From Harriotta raleighana (Eukaryota): a stretch of 64,000 nt of DNA. The position numbers and the translations under genes are program-made. Location: positions 4,866,810 through 4,930,809 of the forward strand of contig JBNZDD010013708.1 of the NCBI GenBank assembly GCA_050575255.1, in the 5' to 3' direction. The notes under the pieces were generated by a model, which had not been told where the DNA came from, did no database searches, and saw only the letters and a list, made by a program, of their open reading frames with translations. Shown here piece by piece: positions 54,801 to 60,800 of the stretch (its first letter is position 1; each line of letters opens with the position of its first letter).

Positions 54801-57800
54801 ATTTTTACCTGCCAACCAGCACTAACAAATATTGCACGTTCTTACAGTACAAGTACAAGACGGGTTATCGCAAGCAGGTGGGTCACCACGTGGGATGCCG
54901 AAACGTTCAGGACGACCCCAAGATGGTTTGGTCAATGCATGTGGCCAAGATTCAGAGCGACAGGGAGTACAAGAAGGATTTTGAGAAGAGCAAGACCAGG
55001 TTCAACATACCAGTGGACATGCTGGATATCCAGTTGGCCAAGAAATGCCAGACCCTAGTCAGCGACATTGACTACAAACACTACCTGCACAAGTGGACCT
55101 GTCTGCCTGACCAGAACGATGTGATCCAGGCTCGGAAGGCCTACGACTTGCAGAGCGATGTGAGTGTGTGCAGTTTTTAAAGCTTAATGCTGTATCTGGG
55201 ATAAGTTAGTCCAGTCCTTGTGTCATGTGAGAAAGTTACATGCAGAAGATTATGGATTCAAGCCACATATCTGGGCATTGAGTTCATAGTCTAGGCCAGA
55301 GTTGCCCAATTGATGACAACCAATTCACTGCACACGCCCCCTCCCCTCCACACACTCCCTCCCCTCCCCACTCCCCCCCACCGATTTTTATCTGGCCTAC
55401 CCACTCCCTCCATAACTCATACATGTTCTGTTTCTAGAAATGAAACGCAAAGATATTGCTTATGTGGCCTGCAGACATTTCTCAAGTAGGACATCCATCC
55501 CTCAGCAGCCAAAAGTTTGGACCTTCCTGGTCTAAGCTGATTTCTGCGAGATCACTATATATTCGGNTTAGTCCAGTCCTTTAATAATCTTGTGTCATGT
55601 GAGAAAGTTACGTGCAGAAGGTTATGAATTCAAGCCACATATCTGGGCATTGAGTTCATAGTTTAGGCCAGAGTTGCCGAATTGATGGCAACCAATTCAC
55701 TCCACACCCCCACTCTCCCTCCCCTCCCCCGCTCCCGCCATTTTTATCTGGCCCAAGGTAGAAATCATCTATCTGTCCCTCAGCAGCCAAAAGTTTGGAC
55801 CTTCCTGGTCTAAGCTGATTTCTGCGAGATCACTATATATTCGGAAGTTCAGTTTAACTATCTCTGGCAGAATGGTTGACTGCAACTCTGGATAACTCTG
55901 AGGTTATCTATTTGTCAAAGTGTGTCTGGAAATAATGAAATGCCAACAAGCTGTGTTTTGGTTACAGAATTTGTACAAACTGGACCTGCAGTGGCTGAGG
56001 GGCATTGGCTGGAGTCCAACTGAATCACTGGATGTGGCAAAGGCCAAGAAAGCCGGAGATATCATCAGCGAGAGTAAATATCGACAAAAACCGGACATCT
56101 GGAAATTCACCAGTGTGCTCGATTCTGTGGATCTGGTCCTGGCTAAAGCTAATGCACAGAATATGGACAAGGTAGAAATCGTCTTCTGTTTAATGAGCAA
56201 CCATACATTGAATGTAACACTTCACACTGGTGAATTTGTTTGGCCTTTGATACCAATGCCAATGTTTTCTCTTTGCCCAGCATGCATACGTAGAAGCCTG
56301 GGAAGCTGAGAAGACTAAGATTCACATCATGCCAGACACCCCGGAAATATTGTTAGCGAAACAGAACCAGATTATATGCAGTGAGGTAAGAATGGATAGC
56401 TGTCTTCAAGAGGATTCTGGTTCACTACGGAATAGATGCCGCTTAGGTACAAGTTATCTTCTGTACCCAAACAGGCTCCCAAGATGAGACGAAGCAAGCA
56501 GATAGTTTTGATTCTTTCAAAAGAAAATGAGATAGATTTATTTTAGGAAATAATATCTTGGGATACAGTATATACTTTGGGAAATGATATGAGAATGCAA
56601 CTGCCAAGATGGTGGAAAGTGACCTGGATGGAGCTTGGACTTCCTTCGTCTAGCAATTCTTATGTTCTTAGGAGAAAATTGGATAGGTGCTTGTTAAAAA
56701 CAAGAAAATTAATGAGATAGGCAATTAGACTGGATGTCTTTTGTTCAATAATTATACCAGAACAGGTGTGACTGTGTGTTTTTGTTGTGAATCTAAATAT
56801 ATGAATCCATGAGATCAGAGAGCCCACTGAAACAACAGACTAAATAAGACTAAATAAGATTAAGTTTTGCCCACAAAATACAGTTAATTCACTTTACAGT
56901 GTGTTCTATGAAATGCTTTGGGATGTCTCAATGACTTTAATAATGTGCTATATCAAATGCATGGTTTATTGTTATAAATCCATAAGAATGAAAGGTCGAG
57001 CAGAAAGATGTTGCAAACCTAACCGGTGGGAGGTGAACTTCTGAAACGTGAATGAAAGTCAGAGACTAAAATAAAGGGAAAACTTTTATCTCAAAAAAAG
57101 CTCTCAACAACAACAAAATTATATTTGTACAGCGCCTTTCACGTCGGAAGGACGTCCCAGGGCGCTGGACAGTCAGTGTTTCACACCTGAGCTGGGGACG
57201 GGATTGGGGAGGGTGCAGGGAAGGGGAATGACCAATGGCATGGGTGAAGAGGAGGGTTTTGAGCAGCACTTGAAGGAGGCTAGGGAGGGACGAGGTGGAG
57301 GGATTGCGGGATGGAATTCCAAAGATTGGGGGCAGAGTGGCTGAAGGCTCGCCTGCCAATGGTGGGATGGGTGGATCGGTGGACAAGGAGCAGGCCGGAA
57401 CAAGCTAACGTAAGCATTTAGGGTGTATAGTGGAATTGAAGGTGGCAGTATGCCCCTTTTCACTCCACACATTCAAACCCTGCCTAAAGATCTTCCTTTT
57501 TGATCGTGCTTACGATCTCCCCTTGGCTCGGTGTCAGACTTTGCCACTGTCAAGTGCTCCAGGACGCTACCTGTGTGAAGGACACTATATATAAATGTAA
57601 ATAGTTGTTGAGAACCTTTTCTTTGGTATTTCAGAAACAGTATAGACTTGCCTTGGAGGAATCAAAGAAGAAGGGCTACCACTCACGAAGTGACGCCATA
57701 TCAATTAAGGCTGCAAGAGCTTCCAGAGATATAGCCAGTGACGTAAGTTCTCCTGCTTTATGTTTTCCAGTGGAGTCTCCTGTACTGGGAGACACCTTTA

Positions 57801-60800
57801 CTTCTGCCCTCTCCTTCACATTCCTTCATTCTCATACAGCAAAGCCAATTGATCGAGAATTGATTGAGATGCATTTGCAATATATTTCTCACTGGAATAT
57901 AGGAACAGCAGTGAGCCATTCAGCCCTTTGAGCCTGTCCCGCTATTCTAATCGATCATGGCTGATCTGTACTTCAACTCCAAATACCCATTTCACCTATA
58001 AAATGAGCAGTGAACTCATTTTCCAGTATATTCTGTGTAGCGCTTTGAGACATCTCAATAATGTGATAAAACCCTATATAAAATGCTAGGATTATTGTTA
58101 TTATTATTTGCCCCCTATCCCTTGATACCCTGACCTAACAAAACCTGTTCACCTCTGTCTTGAAAATTTGAATGGAACCAGAATCTACAGCCTTTTGGGG
58201 GAGAGAGTTCCATATTTCCGTGTTGTGGAAAAAAACATATTGCCTGATTTCACTCCTAAATGGCCTAGCTCTACTTTTAAGATGATGTCCCCTTGTTCTG
58301 GATTCCCCACCTGTGTAAAGAGATTTTTAAATTTACAAATCAATTCTGTCCTCAACATTCACTGTTAAACTGATTTTTCTAGTAAAAGCTTATTAACTGG
58401 AATTATTCTTCACCACAAAATGATGGTCTGTGATCAATATAAAAACAATCCTCATTTGCCTCCAACCAGTACAAGTACAAGACGGGTTATCGCAAGCAGG
58501 TGGGTCACCACGTGGGATGCCGTAACATTCAGGACGACCCCAAGATGGTTTGGTCGATGCACGTGGCCAAGATTCAGAGCGACAGGGAGTACAAAAAGGA
58601 CTTTGAGAAGAGCAAGACCAAGTTCAATGTTCCAGCGGACATGCTGGACATCCTATTGGCCAAGAAATGCCAGGACCAGATCAGCGAAGTGAACTACAGA
58701 CACCACCTGCACCAGTGGACCTGTCTGCCCGACCAGAATGATGTGATCCAGGCTCGGAAGGCTTACGAGTTGCAGAGTGATGTAAGTATGGCCTGAAAGT
58801 TCTTAGAGATCTATCAGAAAATTGTGACCAAAGCTTCTTGGAGTGAGAAAGTTGGGTTATAGGAAATAGTGATTATTGTTGGTTGGTTGGTTAGTTGACT
58901 CAAATATTCCTTGAATGTACAATAGGTTGGAATCAACTAGCAAAAGTTATGCTTAAATTTGTTTCATTGCATGTTGTATTAAATTGGGTACCAGTTGTCA
59001 CTGTATCTGTTCTCTTTAGTGTGGAGACTCAATCAAGTACAAGTGATATCCTTGCAAATGAGCCGGTTTTGGGAGTGCGGAGAGCATGGTGGGAGGGGGC
59101 CATGGTGCTTCCTGGCAGGAGGGGAGATCTGTTGTTCTGTAGCACACTAACTATTGACTGTCTTTGTAACTTTAAGCATGTATACAAAGCGGATTTGGAA
59201 TGGCTTCGAGGAATTGGATGGAGCCCTGTTGACTCCCTAGATGTTCGGAAGGCTAAGAAGGCTGGAGAGATCCTCAGTGAGAAAAGTTATCGACAACCTC
59301 CTTCCAAGATACCGTTCACATGTATCACTGACACTCCTGAGCTTGTATTAGCCAAGAGTAACGCCCAGCAGCTCAACAAAGTGAGTAGTTTTCTGGGTGA
59401 TTAAGATCAACAGAGCTTTTATATTCATTGGGCTATGGGGCAGGAAAGGGGCATGTCGCTAATTAAATAGTTATTTATAATAGCCGGCACAGGCCTGATG
59501 GGCCGAATGGCCATCTTCTGTGTGGTAAGATTCTATGATTTGAGCAATTTTTTTTGCAATATATGTTGAGATTTTAGGACTTATTATCCCTGTTCTCAAG
59601 TGCATAGATTTGGAGGATTCCGGGAATTTAAAATTTTAACACCTAGAGCTAGTTAAAAAGTAAGGAAGTAACTGTTGTTGACTCACATGGTTGTTCTATA
59701 ATATTTCATTATATTTAATTTAAATCCAAAGGTTTCTCTGTGTCAGTAACCAGAGGACACAGATTTAAGATAATTAGCAAAAGAACCAGATGGGAGACAA
59801 AGATAACCTTTTCTACCCAGAGAATTGTAAAGCTGCCTGAAAAGGTACTGGAAGCAGGTTCGATAGTAGCTTTCAAAAGTGAATCAGATAGGTACTTAAA
59901 AAGGAAAGATTTGTGAGGCTATGGGGTAAGAGCAGAGAGTGGGATAAATTGGGTAGCTCTTTGAAAGAGTCAGCATAGGCAGGATAGGCCCAAATCACTG
60001 TTTCTATGCTGTACGGTGTTTCTGTGATGTATGATTCTATGAAAGCTACTTGTGCCATAGTTATCGGTGATAGCTAATCAAATTTGCCTTTGGTTTCACT
60101 TTCAGCGCTTGTACACAGAGGCTTGGGATACAGACAAAACCAGTATTCATGTAATGCCAGACACTCCAGAAATCGAACTGGCAAAAGTCAACTCAGCTAA
60201 CATCAGCCAGGTAACAATATTTGCAACGCAAAACAAGAGATCGAGGTTTTAATCGGAAATTGCACCGATTTCACTCCTCACGTCACTCCTGCGTTTTCCT
60301 CTTTAGAATCTGTACCGCAAAGCTTGGGAGGAATACAAACGCAAAGGTTATGACTTGCGAGTGGATGCTATTTCAATCAAGGCTGCACGAGCTTCCAGAG
60401 ATATCGCCAGCATGGTAAGGATTGGTTCATAAGCCTGTTCACAGTATCCCTCTTTGTTGTTCATTGAACCAAATTGAAACGTGACCCAGTGTTTGTGTCA
60501 TCAATCCACAGTATAAATACAAAGCTGCATATGAGAAATCGAGAGGTCACCACGTGGGATGCCGTAACATTCAGGACGACCCCAAGATGGTTTGGTCAAT
60601 GCACGTGGCCAAGATTCAGAGCGACAGGGAGTATAAGAAGAACTTTGAGAAGAGCAAGACCAAGTACAACATACCAGGGGACATGCTGGACATCCTATTG
60701 GCCAAGAAATGCCAGGACCAGATCAGCGAAGTGAACTACAGACACCACCTGCACCAGTGGACCTGTCTGCCTGACCAGAATGATGTGATCCAGGCTCGGA

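Larger units (their letters stand above)
14703..55567. other. Single-N assembly gaps at 14703, 21781, 21841, 22310, 30653, 30840, 55567, each flanked by overlapping duplicated sequence
   Basis: n characters in the sequence; the sequence after each n repeats sequence just before it. Confidence 0.9.

Noticed and set aside
24899-60734. Recurrent antisense and alternative-frame ORFs over the 312/204-nt exons
   Set aside because: Their mutual similarity follows from the repeated NEB exons; no independent gene structure.
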